The notes: generated by a model from the letters alone, not told the origin. Numbered from the stretch's first letter, positions 25,469 through 33,854 are shown. The stretch is DNA of 64,000 bases from Eubacteriales bacterium (GCA_045644325.1 JAZRGT010000031.1:3952-67951), one strand, 5' to 3'. Numbers and translations: made by a program.

Positions 25469-27148
25469 TTAGGTAGTTGGGGTGTGCTCACTGCCTTCAA
25501 CTTGAGCTGTGGTAACTTCGATCGGATCGGTGCTGTCCTCGTTGCCGGTAGAAGGCAACTGACCTACCGTTACGCCCTCCCCGAAATCGTAATATCCATA
25601 TTTCAAGTAATCATCCGCCTTGGGGGTAAGATATCTTCCGCGAGATGTAACGCTTATAAAGCCGATCTTCATCAAGAAGGGTTCATATTCTTTAGTAAGG
25701 AGCTTGGAATCGAGATATACGCGAGCAGCAAGCGTTTCTTCGGAGAGGAAGCCCTTTGCCTCGTCTGCAATCGCTCGAAGTATTCTTCTGTCCGTATCCT
25801 TGAGTCCGATTTTGTCTATACCTCTGTCTTCAAAATACCGTTCTGCCATTTCAAGGGTGACAGTATCGGTATCAAGTGTGACTGCTTTGGTCTTCAGCCC
25901 CTTAACTACTGCTTCAAGCTCTCTGATGGAGCTGCGGCAACGGTTGATGCACGCATCTACGACAGCTTCCTCTGCATTAAGCTCCATCGCACCGAGCTTT
26001 TTTTTGAAAATGCGACGAAGCTCATCGCGAGTATAATCCTGAAGGACGAACGTAAGGTATCCGCAACGGTCCTTGAGAGTTGAGATGATCGCATCATAGT
26101 CGGTCGTAGCACCGATAAAGGTAAAGTCGGGAATCGGCACGCTCTTAGTACCACTTTCTGTCAAATAGCTGAATACACGGTCATTAAGAACGGTAAGTAA
26201 ACTCGACTGAAGCTTTACGGGTAGTGCGTGTATCTCATCAAGTGCGATCACCACGGGGCGATTGGCTTTGGAGATATTTATGAAAAAGTCCTGAAATAGC
26301 CGCTGGGATCTAACGTCGTTCATAAGCGAGGTACAATCAATGAACTCAAAGTCTACACCAAGCTCCTTGGCAACGAGCTTCATAATGGTACTCTTACCAA
26401 GTCCTCTGTTGCCCAAGAGCAGAATATGATCAAGGTGCTTTTTGCCAAGCTTTTTGGCTGCCGCAATATCCTCCTTGAGTTTGCTGATAACGTGCGACTG
26501 TCCGATGAATTCATCAAGACAGCGAGGTGCCAAGGGGTTGCCTTCATAATAAATTATATCCGACCCCGATCCTTCTTGTGCGTAAGGAACCAAGGGCGTA
26601 GTATCCTCGGCGTTGGCGGGCACAAAATCCGCGGAAGCACCGTCAGCACCCTCATATGGTGCTTCATCCGTGTCCCACTCGCCCTGTTTTAAAGTCGGTG
26701 TTTCCTTTTTGGGAGGAGGGGGTGCCAATCTCTTTCCCTTTTGGGAAGGATTTTCATCCACATCCAAAATCGGTTTGATCGGAGTCTCTCTATCCGTAAC
26801 AGGTACTTCAGGATATGCCTTGATATTGCCCTTACCTCTGCTAATATCAGCAAAGGAAGGTGTCACCTTGGAATCCAGAAGTCCGAAAAATGCCATAACC
26901 GTGCTATTATAAAAACCGTATCTTTTTAAAATATCGATAACGTTATCAATACTTTCATAAATATTCCGGCATTTTGCTCTTTCCATATAAGAAGGAGCCT
27001 TGGTATAAAGCTCCTTACAATGATCCGAAATGCCACGAAGCATTTCAGCCGCTTTCTCTGCTTTGGCAGGGGAAGCCTCTTTCGCAAGATTTCTAGCTCC
27101 TACAAAAAGAACTCTGATCTGACTTAATGTTTTCATTTGGTTCTCCAT
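25469..27148 (-). CDS. RuvB-like AAA+ ATPase with a roughly 220-aa non-RuvB N-terminal extension
   Basis: It is colinear with all three RuvB domains. Matching blocks: LDEFIGQSHV, Walker A GNRGLGKST, Walker B VIALDEIH, FTFIGATT, LKDRCGY, and the C-terminal winged helix (GLKDTDRRILRAI...EPFLMKIGFISVTSRGRYLT). Confidence 0.75.
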   Translation of the reverse strand: MENQMKTLSQIRVLFVGARNLAKEASPAKAEKAAEMLRGISDHCKELYTKAPSYMERAKCRNIYESIDNVIDILKRYGFYNSTVMAFFGLLDSKVTPSFADISRGKGNIKAYPEVPVTDRETPIKPILDVDENPSQKGKRLAPPPPKKETPTLKQGEWDTDEAPYEGADGASADFVPANAEDTTPLVPYAQEGSGSDIIYYEGNPLAPRCLDEFIGQSHVISKLKEDIAAAKKLGKKHLDHILLLGNRGLGKSTIMKLVAKELGVDFEFIDCTSLMNDVRSQRLFQDFFINISKANRPVVIALDEIHALPVKLQSSLLTVLNDRVFSYLTESGTKSVPIPDFTFIGATTDYDAIISTLKDRCGYLTFVLQDYTRDELRRIFKKKLGAMELNAEEAVVDACINRCRSSIRELEAVVKGLKTKAVTLDTDTVTLEMAERYFEDRGIDKIGLKDTDRRILRAIADEAKGFLSEETLAARVYLDSKLLTKEYEPFLMKIGFISVTSRGRYLTPKADDYLKYGYYDFGEGVTVGQLPSTGNEDSTDPIEVTTAQVEGSEHTPTT

Positions 27149-27177
27149 TTATATATTTAACTGATTTTATATAACGC

Positions 27178-28173
27178 TTAAACCATACTTTCCAGTCCCC
27201 ACTTGGAGAGAAGCTTTCGAATATTCTCTGCCGTGGTAGCATTGGAAAGTCCCGTGGCTTTAATGTGTGCTGTGCCGATCACTTGTCCGACGGTAGAGGA
27301 TTTATGGATGCCGATACATTCTCCATCTCTGTTAAAAACAGGAGCTCCACTATCGCCGTTATTTGAGGGAGCTGTATACACGAGGTCGTCATCGTCACTC
27401 GAATGTGCAAATTTTACGTTTCCGGACACCGGCGCCAAACCAAAGTTAAGCCCATTACCTATAAGCATCATTGCGATTCCGGGACGAACCTGGCAATAAT
27501 CTTTAATAAGCGGTACAAATGGTGTTCTGCCATTAAAGTTCTTTATCTTCAAAAGAGCTAAATCGAATTTTTTGTCGGCTTTAACAAACTCCGCTTCACA
27601 TTCGATTGTTCCATCACCGTTTTTCACCGATATGCAGGTTGCTCGTTTGGAGCCCTCGTGGATAACGTGATGGTTTGTAAGGAAGTACCCGTCGGAAGTG
27701 ATGAAAAAGCCACTTCCAACACTCGAATGTGCTCGTACAACCAATGTCGCCGGAGAGCATTTTTCAAATACATCCGCCACCCAATCGACATCTTCGCCGG
27801 GAGATGGAGGTTTTACGTGAATAGGTGATTTAAGTGTGAGGGAAAGGCGCTCCCCTGATGCATCAATAGGCTTGATTGCTTTCTTATCGTCTGCAATCGG
27901 TGAGGTCAACGAAACTTTAGTTGCGCCTTTTAATATTGCCTTCTTAACTTCGGCAGTAATTCCGTATTTGGTTATAATTGCCGCGAACGTATCGTACCTG
28001 TCCGCCTCGGCAAAAAGCAATGCTTTGTCGGAATAAGACTCTATCTGCCATCGGATTTCTCGCAAGGACTTTGCATACAGTATAGCATACGATCTGGCGT
28101 TAGAGGCATCGCCTACATCAAGGTGTTTTCTGAACTGATTGCGGTAATATTCAAGTTGTTCGGAATAAAGCAT
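27178..28173 (-). CDS. Trypsin-fold (S1/HtrA-like) serine protease with an N-terminal helical domain and no PDZ domain
   Basis: The catalytic triad contexts are TNHHVI, FDLALLKI and NNGDSGAPVF. Confidence 0.75.
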   Translation of the reverse strand: MLYSEQLEYYRNQFRKHLDVGDASNARSYAILYAKSLREIRWQIESYSDKALLFAEADRYDTFAAIITKYGITAEVKKAILKGATKVSLTSPIADDKKAIKPIDASGERLSLTLKSPIHVKPPSPGEDVDWVADVFEKCSPATLVVRAHSSVGSGFFITSDGYFLTNHHVIHEGSKRATCISVKNGDGTIECEAEFVKADKKFDLALLKIKNFNGRTPFVPLIKDYCQVRPGIAMMLIGNGLNFGLAPVSGNVKFAHSSDDDDLVYTAPSNNGDSGAPVFNRDGECIGIHKSSTVGQVIGTAHIKATGLSNATTAENIRKLLSKWGLESMV

Positions 28174-28191
28174 TGTAAGACTCCGATCTGT

Positions 28192-29541
28192 TTAATCGCC
28201 AAGCGCCTCGCGAAGCTTAGCCGGCAGAAAAGAAAGATCGTACTTGGCTCCGAATTTCTCCTTGAACGTCCTCGTTTCCATAGCGTCCCTCAGCATTCTT
28301 GCTTCAAAACCTTCGACCTGAATGTTGTTATAAAGATCAAGAATGATTTGATTGAGTTTGTAATCAAAGTACTTCTCGTCAAGTGACATATTGAGCCTAT
28401 AAGCATCGAATGCCATAAGATCTTCGTCCGAGGTGGAATTGATATATCTTGCCAAAATAGTTTCAAAATCAGCTCGAGTGATCTTGTCGTCATGGGGAGA
28501 ACCGCTTCCGAGAGCAATGATCTCGCGCTTCATAGGAAGGCTAGCCGCCTGACGGCAAATCGATTTTATATCAGCGCCTGAATATCCGGCAAAACGATCA
28601 GCGAGCCACTCGGTTGTTACGTCAGAAGCGCAAGGGATATCAACGCGACCCTTGACCTTGGGATCCTTGCCGAGAGCAATTCTGACAAGCTGCTCTCTTG
28701 CCGGAGCATCGGGCATAGGAACGTAGATCTGTGTGTCAAATCTGCCTCCGCGAAGAACTGCACTATCCAATGCCCAGGGGCGATTGGTTGCCGCTATTAC
28801 GATTCTGACCTGTCCGGGTTTTGCTTTTGCGGTAAATCCATCCATATAAGTAAGCAGCGTCGTAAGCTGCTCCCGGGTGTGCGTTGATTCGTCACCCTCA
28901 CGGGAAGCCGCGATAGCATCTATTTCATCGAAGAAGATGATGCACTTTTCCAGCTTATTCGCCTGTTCGAATATCTCTGCAATTATCTTTGCACCGTCAC
29001 CGACAAGATTCGCCATTACGTCCTTGATCTGGACAACGGCAATTTTACAGCCCAGAGCACCTGCAAGACATTTTACTGCATGTGTCTTACCCGTACCGGG
29101 AGGTCCGTAAAGTAAAACCTGAATACCTCTGTCGTTTCCGCGATATTTGCGGTAGATAGGTGCGTATTTAGGATCCATAGGGGCAAAAATATTGACTACG
29201 AACTGGTCTCGAAGATCTTTGAGACCGGCGATATCGCAGAGAGTCAGCTCAGGTATCGGAGCTGCAAACCAATCTGTTGTCTTAATTTTCTCTTCGCTTG
29301 CCCCCGAAGCCCTCGCGGGCTTCGGGATGGTGGGATTTGCAAGGAAGGCGCCGATCTCATTAACTACGGTACGGTAGTAACTACGGTGCGATTCTATGAG
29401 GTTGCTCTTCTTAAGTTCATCCTCTGCATCGCGAACTGCAAGCTTGCCCATCTCTATCGCGCGAGGGATATTGTTATCCTTGCGCGCCTCGTTGTATTCT
29501 TTTACGTAGTTTTCAACCCTTGAAATCGGTATCTGATTCAA
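28192..29541 (-). CDS. Classical-clade AAA+ ATPase, Vps4/katanin-like, with an N-terminal helical (MIT-like?) domain
   Basis: A TTG start follows AAGGGAGA. Motifs: Walker A LLYGPPGTGKTH, Walker B IIFFDEIDA, and SRH ATNRPWALDSAVLRGGRFD. There is a single ATPase cassette, with no TM or protease domain. Confidence 0.75.
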   Translation of the reverse strand: MNQIPISRVENYVKEYNEARKDNNIPRAIEMGKLAVRDAEDELKKSNLIESHRSYYRTVVNEIGAFLANPTIPKPARASGASEEKIKTTDWFAAPIPELTLCDIAGLKDLRDQFVVNIFAPMDPKYAPIYRKYRGNDRGIQVLLYGPPGTGKTHAVKCLAGALGCKIAVVQIKDVMANLVGDGAKIIAEIFEQANKLEKCIIFFDEIDAIAASREGDESTHTREQLTTLLTYMDGFTAKAKPGQVRIVIAATNRPWALDSAVLRGGRFDTQIYVPMPDAPAREQLVRIALGKDPKVKGRVDIPCASDVTTEWLADRFAGYSGADIKSICRQAASLPMKREIIALGSGSPHDDKITRADFETILARYINSTSDEDLMAFDAYRLNMSLDEKYFDYKLNQIILDLYNNIQVEGFEARMLRDAMETRTFKEKFGAKYDLSFLPAKLREALGD

Positions 29542-29543
29542 CG

Positions 29544-30191
29544 TTATTCTCCCTTTCTTTCTTCGTCAAGCATTGCCGCGATAGCATCAATGCGAGCTTC
29601 ATCGGAAGCGCTTACGCTTTCTTCGGGCTTGGCAGCCGGCTGAGTAGTTGTAATCCCGGAAACGAGGCGAGCCTCTAGGGATTTCTTGATATTGTCCACA
29701 CGCTGAGTACGCTTGGGATCTTTGTTTTCCTTCTTGCCGTAGATCTTTTCATACGCGGACATATGTGAACTCGACATCTCGGAGCGAAGAGATTTTACAC
29801 TCTTACGTGCATTGGCGAGAGCTTCACGAAGACTCTTGTATTCCTTGCCGAGCTTGGTAAAGTCGGGAGCCTTTGCGAATACTGCTTTGCAAGCCTTGAG
29901 AGCTTTGGGCAACTTACCGAGTCTTGCCATTACCTTCGCCGTAATAGCACAGGTCTTGATTTCAAGCTCAACTGCGGCGAGCTCTTCACCGAATTCCTGA
30001 AAATCGGCGATCATATCAACAAGCTCGTTGACATAGTCATTGTTATCCATCTTTGCAGCCTCATAAGCTGCATCCGAAAGCTGATTTACGAGGTTTTCGA
30101 TATCCTTGCGCTGTTCTCCAATCTCAACGATTGTTTCTGCGATAAGAACTTCCTGGTGGAACTCCTTATCCTTGATAGTTTTTTTAGTCAT
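29544..30191 (-). CDS. All-helical 215-aa protein, possible ESCRT-III/Snf7-like subunit
   Basis: The ORF is confident (AGGAGG ribosome-binding site). ITAKVMARLGKLPKALKACKAVFAKAPDFTKLGKEYKSLREAL resembles the alpha2-alpha3 region of ESCRT-III proteins. The tail is acidic and amphipathic (EARIDAIAAMLDEERKGE). The fold call is inference. Confidence 0.45.
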   Translation of the reverse strand: MTKKTIKDKEFHQEVLIAETIVEIGEQRKDIENLVNQLSDAAYEAAKMDNNDYVNELVDMIADFQEFGEELAAVELEIKTCAITAKVMARLGKLPKALKACKAVFAKAPDFTKLGKEYKSLREALANARKSVKSLRSEMSSSHMSAYEKIYGKKENKDPKRTQRVDNIKKSLEARLVSGITTTQPAAKPEESVSASDEARIDAIAAMLDEERKGE

Positions 30192-30235
30192 AACTGTATT
30201 CCTCCTGAAATATGATTTCTGTATTATTTTTAGTA

Positions 30236-30955
30236 TTAGTTGCCGTACTTTTTCTGAAGCTGAGCCAATCTGTCGCTAACCTCCCGTGCTGCGGAAGTAT
30301 CGGACTCACTTGCGGAAACAGGAGCTGTATATTCTTCTCCATATTTCTTCTGAAGCTCAGCCAATCTGTCTGAAACCGCATGCGAAGCGGCGCTTCCCGA
30401 ATAATTAGCTTTCATAATAGCGGCACGCTCCTTGATCTTTCTCTTAGCTGCCTCAAGCTCTTTCTCGTCCTTGATGCTGCGCGCCATCTTATTTTCAATT
30501 TTGTTGATGATAGCGAGAACCATATCTACCACCCTGCCGATATCGCTTTCGTTATTGACCATAGCAGGAAGCTTCTTTTCGGGAACGACCTTAATAACGT
30601 ATGAATACCACTCATAGTCGATAAGAGATGCAATATACATTTCGAGGTCAAGAAGGATCTCACGCACTCTGAGAAAATCATCGGTCTTATCATTATTATG
30701 ACTGATCTGTGTTTCCAGTCTAGAGATCGCATCGTTAATACGAACAAGCTCTCTTTCGCTTGCCGAGGATCTGCTTTTTGCTAACAGCTCGCGTTCTCTC
30801 TGCTCAAGCATATTCTCAAGTTCCACCGCATTGCGGTCAAACTTTGAGATCTTTTCATCCAGATGAGTTACAACTGCAGTGACGATTTCAGCCTCTTCGG
30901 CGGCTCTTTTTTCGATCGACTTTTTTCTATTGCTAAAAATCGTATCAATTATCAT
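30236..30955 (-). CDS. Coiled-coil 239-aa protein with a duplicated C-terminal VSDRLA(E/Q)LQKKYG motif, possibly ESCRT-III/PspA-like
   Basis: The ORF is confident (AAGGAG ribosome-binding site). The N-terminus is IFSNRKK followed by long heptad helices. Two C-terminal copies of SDRLAxLQKKYG resemble MIM1-type MIT-interacting motifs. This is inference. Confidence 0.45.
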   Translation of the reverse strand: MIIDTIFSNRKKSIEKRAAEEAEIVTAVVTHLDEKISKFDRNAVELENMLEQRERELLAKSRSSASERELVRINDAISRLETQISHNNDKTDDFLRVREILLDLEMYIASLIDYEWYSYVIKVVPEKKLPAMVNNESDIGRVVDMVLAIINKIENKMARSIKDEKELEAAKRKIKERAAIMKANYSGSAASHAVSDRLAELQKKYGEEYTAPVSASESDTSAAREVSDRLAQLQKKYGN

Positions 30956-30972
30956 TGTATTTGTCTCCTTTA

Positions 30973-31512
30973 TTATTTTTGAGTGTGTTTGTTGATTGTG
31001 ACTCTGTAAATATTCACGCTTTTAAGCATTAGCATATTTAACTTCAACAGAGCCGCAACCTCGGGATCGTTCTTGAGAGATGACTCAAGAATGTTGGGGA
31101 ACTCCTCCGCTGAAACGCGATTTGCAATTTCACGGATGTGGACAAGAAGCTTATCTCTCAAGTACATCGAGTACCCCTCAAAGGTGTTATTAATAAGCTC
31201 CCTCTCATATAAATATGAGATATCACCTTCTTTTACAAACGGCAATCCTTTTCCATCCAAGGAAGATGCATCAACGTTTCTTCTTGAAACAATAACGCTG
31301 CCGTTTGCGGAATACCCTCTTCCGTCATCACCGAATCCCCAAGGGATTTCGATATCTCCAATACGGAGACACCAATAAAGATTGTCGGATTCATAGAAGC
31401 AATAGTCGGGGAAGACGTTTTGCTTCTTTGCCTCCACAAAAGGCTTGGTGCTGTACGCCGCAATAAATCTCTTGCCGTTAATAACGGATACTCGCTTTGT
31501 TTTCCAAAACAT
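30973..31512 (-). CDS. Hypothetical 179-aa protein
   Basis: The start is placed at the ATG at 31512 behind GAGGGTG; the track ORF extends to a TTG at 31653. No motif recognised. Confidence 0.55.
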   Translation of the reverse strand: MFWKTKRVSVINGKRFIAAYSTKPFVEAKKQNVFPDYCFYESDNLYWCLRIGDIEIPWGFGDDGRGYSANGSVIVSRRNVDASSLDGKGLPFVKEGDISYLYERELINNTFEGYSMYLRDKLLVHIREIANRVSAEEFPNILESSLKNDPEVAALLKLNMLMLKSVNIYRVTINKHTQK

Positions 31513-31539
31513 TTTTTCACCCTCGAACGTTGTGACAAT

Positions 31540-31568
31540 ATTATAACACATTCTATCTTTACACTCAA
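31540..31568 (-). promoter_or_regulatory. Possible internal promoter in the only sizeable gap of the operon
   Basis: The minus strand reads TTGAGT-17 nt-TGtTATAAT. Confidence 0.35.
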
Positions 31569-31663
31569 GCAAATATATCCCGTTTTTCGGGAAATAGAAC
31601 TGCACTTCCAAATTTTTGCCCAAAATTTGAAAGTGCAGAGATAATATATACAATATGGTTAGT

Positions 31664-33169
31664 CTATTCTGAAAGCAAGCTGTCTAAAAAATTCCGACAT
31701 TTTTCACAAATATTCGGACCGTCAAGAAAATTTTCAACAATTCTAAAATAACGCATATGTTTTTCTTTAAGCTCATCGTACATCTTTTGTAAATGGATCG
31801 AATCAGAGTTCAGAACAGGATCGCGCGCTGCCGCAGTTCTTCCTACATCCGTATTCCAAGCCGCCTTCACTGCAGCACCAAGTGCAACAACGTTTTCCGA
31901 AGCGAGCTTCACGTACTTTTTGTCTTTGTTGGCATCCTTTATTCGCAAAGCTCCATCATCTGTCTCCTTATCAACCCAAAGCACATTTGGAATGGGGATT
32001 ATAAAATCCTGACAAATATGCCTTATGACCGTTTCTCTCAACGCCTTTATCCTTGCAGTTCCGCCGGTAAAAATAATGTGAGAAACCTTCTTATTATTCA
32101 ATCGGTCTTTATTCAGGTTGATATAATAATTTATATGCTCAGCGCACTGAATAAAGCAGTTTTCGATATTTATTGAGCGATCATCTTCGCTCGTGTAGAT
32201 TCCAACATAAATCGTATCGCCTTTTATTGAGCTGCCGATCTGATTCTTTTGCAAGACGAATTTCTTGATTTTTGTTTTACCGTCTTTGGTCAGCGTAGAT
32301 TCCACGCGCATAGTTTGAGGCGTCGTGTCATTTTCATTGCCTTGGAAAAAGTCTGTCTTGCTCTTTTCCACAGAATAATCAAACAACGGAGTATCTCGCT
32401 TCTCACCATTTACATTCAATATCGTGCTGTTTTTATATATCTGAATGCAAAGCTCCTCGGTTATCTGCTTGCCCATCTTGATATCCATTCTTCCATTTTC
32501 AATACTTGCTGGAGCTGTGATAGGGCAAATACTGATAGAATCGTCTTCGGGGCACTTGTTGGCTTGGATGACGGTCATATCAAGCGTATATCCGCCAAAA
32601 TCTGCAACGAGGATCAGATCGCCGTCTTTGATTTTATTTTTGTATTCGTTTACTTTTTGATGTGCCTCATTATAAGCAATTACCGCAAGAACAGGCTCGG
32701 GAGCGTATATAATTTCTATTTTTTGAGATGTTCCGAAAACACTTTGGCAAGTATTAAAAATAATATCTCTGAGGTTTTCGCAATATTTACTCTGGTTGGT
32801 TGGAGAAGTATACGTGGGATGACCGAAACATACCCTCTTCAATGTAGAAAAATTGTATTCGATACTGTCTTTCCTACATTTTTTTATGATTTTGAACAAC
32901 ACTTTCATATATTCTTCAACGTAATCTATGCGAATTCCTTGACCGATATCCTCCTTCAAAGAATCAATGATTGCTATATCAGCACTCGTATTAAAAGCAT
33001 ATTGAAAATATCCCGTTTTATCTTCGGTCATTGCGGTTGCAAAATATTTGTCGTTAAGTAATTTATCGTAAAAAATTATCGGTTCTTTATCTTTATCCTC
33101 GTATCCCACCACGCTGACCGAGCTGCTTCCGAAATCTATACCCAGATATTTGATATTTATATTGGACAT
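31664..33169 (-). CDS. Hsp70/actin-fold (ASKHA) ATPase, Hsp70-like nucleotide-binding domain only
   Basis: Phosphate-1 YLGIDFGSSSVSVVGY, phosphate-2 LVADFGGYTLDMTVI, and the adenosine motif IIFTGGTARIKALRE. There is no Hsp70 substrate-binding domain. Confidence 0.7.
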   Translation of the reverse strand: MSNINIKYLGIDFGSSSVSVVGYEDKDKEPIIFYDKLLNDKYFATAMTEDKTGYFQYAFNTSADIAIIDSLKEDIGQGIRIDYVEEYMKVLFKIIKKCRKDSIEYNFSTLKRVCFGHPTYTSPTNQSKYCENLRDIIFNTCQSVFGTSQKIEIIYAPEPVLAVIAYNEAHQKVNEYKNKIKDGDLILVADFGGYTLDMTVIQANKCPEDDSISICPITAPASIENGRMDIKMGKQITEELCIQIYKNSTILNVNGEKRDTPLFDYSVEKSKTDFFQGNENDTTPQTMRVESTLTKDGKTKIKKFVLQKNQIGSSIKGDTIYVGIYTSEDDRSINIENCFIQCAEHINYYINLNKDRLNNKKVSHIIFTGGTARIKALRETVIRHICQDFIIPIPNVLWVDKETDDGALRIKDANKDKKYVKLASENVVALGAAVKAAWNTDVGRTAAARDPVLNSDSIHLQKMYDELKEKHMRYFRIVENFLDGPNICEKCRNFLDSLLSE

Positions 33170-33184
33170 AATAATTGCTCCTTA

Positions 33185-33832
33185 TTAGTAGCTTTGACCG
33201 CGGGCGTCAGCCAGCACCTTAATAACGTTTTCTATCTGTTCTGTCAGAAATTCGACCGAGTTTGATCCTCTAGTTCTGATCAGAGAATTGATCGCATTAC
33301 ATACGCCGTCTCTCAGCTTCTCTTCGAGATCTGATATTTCCGCATAATACGCTTCCTTCTGCTCAATAAGGTCTTCCAGTTCCTTGATTTTTTCACTCTC
33401 AACACCGTCAGATTTAGCAGAGGGTGCTGCCTTCTCCACTTCAAGGTCATTAATACGAGCAATAAGCTTTGCGTTATTCTTAATCTCTTCCTTAAGCTTC
33501 AACTCAAGCTCTTCGATCATTGCGCAATTTTCAAAGACCGGCACGACATTTTCATTGAGCATGAGCTTTATCTCTTGTAGCTCTTTGATCAAAATTTTCA
33601 TTACCTTGTTGTTCTGATGCAATACTTCATCATGCATGCAGGTAGGATCGCGTGGCTCATCTTTTTCTTTTGCATCTCCGCTTTTGAGTGCAGGCTCTTT
33701 ATCATCAGTATCAACAGCTACGTTTCTTTTGGACTTGAGTGCAAAAATTACAAGAACCGCCGTAACCGTTATCGAAAGCAATAGCACATATCCCAACATA
33801 CATGCTGCAAGTATCTGCAAAATATTTTCCAT
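33185..33832 (-). CDS. N-terminally membrane-anchored coiled-coil protein
   Basis: The TM helix ILAACMLGYVLLLSITVTAVLVIFAL is followed by heptad-rich charged helices. Confidence 0.6.
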   Translation of the reverse strand: MENILQILAACMLGYVLLLSITVTAVLVIFALKSKRNVAVDTDDKEPALKSGDAKEKDEPRDPTCMHDEVLHQNNKVMKILIKELQEIKLMLNENVVPVFENCAMIEELELKLKEEIKNNAKLIARINDLEVEKAAPSAKSDGVESEKIKELEDLIEQKEAYYAEISDLEEKLRDGVCNAINSLIRTRGSNSVEFLTEQIENVIKVLADARGQSY

Positions 33833-33854
33833 TACTATACCCCCTTTTTATTTG

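Noticed and set aside
25469-27148. Housekeeping ruvB
   Set aside because: It has a long foreign N-terminal extension and a non-canonical Walker A. There is no ruvA or ruvC, and it is embedded in the AT-rich operon.
28192-29541. FtsH or ClpX-type housekeeping AAA protease or unfoldase
   Set aside because: There are no TM segments, no HEXXH protease domain and no zinc-binding ClpX N-domain. It has a single classical AAA cassette with a Vps4-like SRH.
32249-33061. 270-aa plus-strand ORF inside the island, together with 36411..37055, 39541..40140 and 25409..26083
   Set aside because: All are antisense to motif-bearing minus-strand genes of the operon. Their products are Ile/Phe/Leu-rich, as expected from reading AT-rich coding DNA backwards.
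31664-33169. dnaK/hscA chaperone gene
   Set aside because: Only the nucleotide-binding-domain signatures are present. There is no recognisable substrate-binding domain and no dnaJ/grpE/hscB neighbours.
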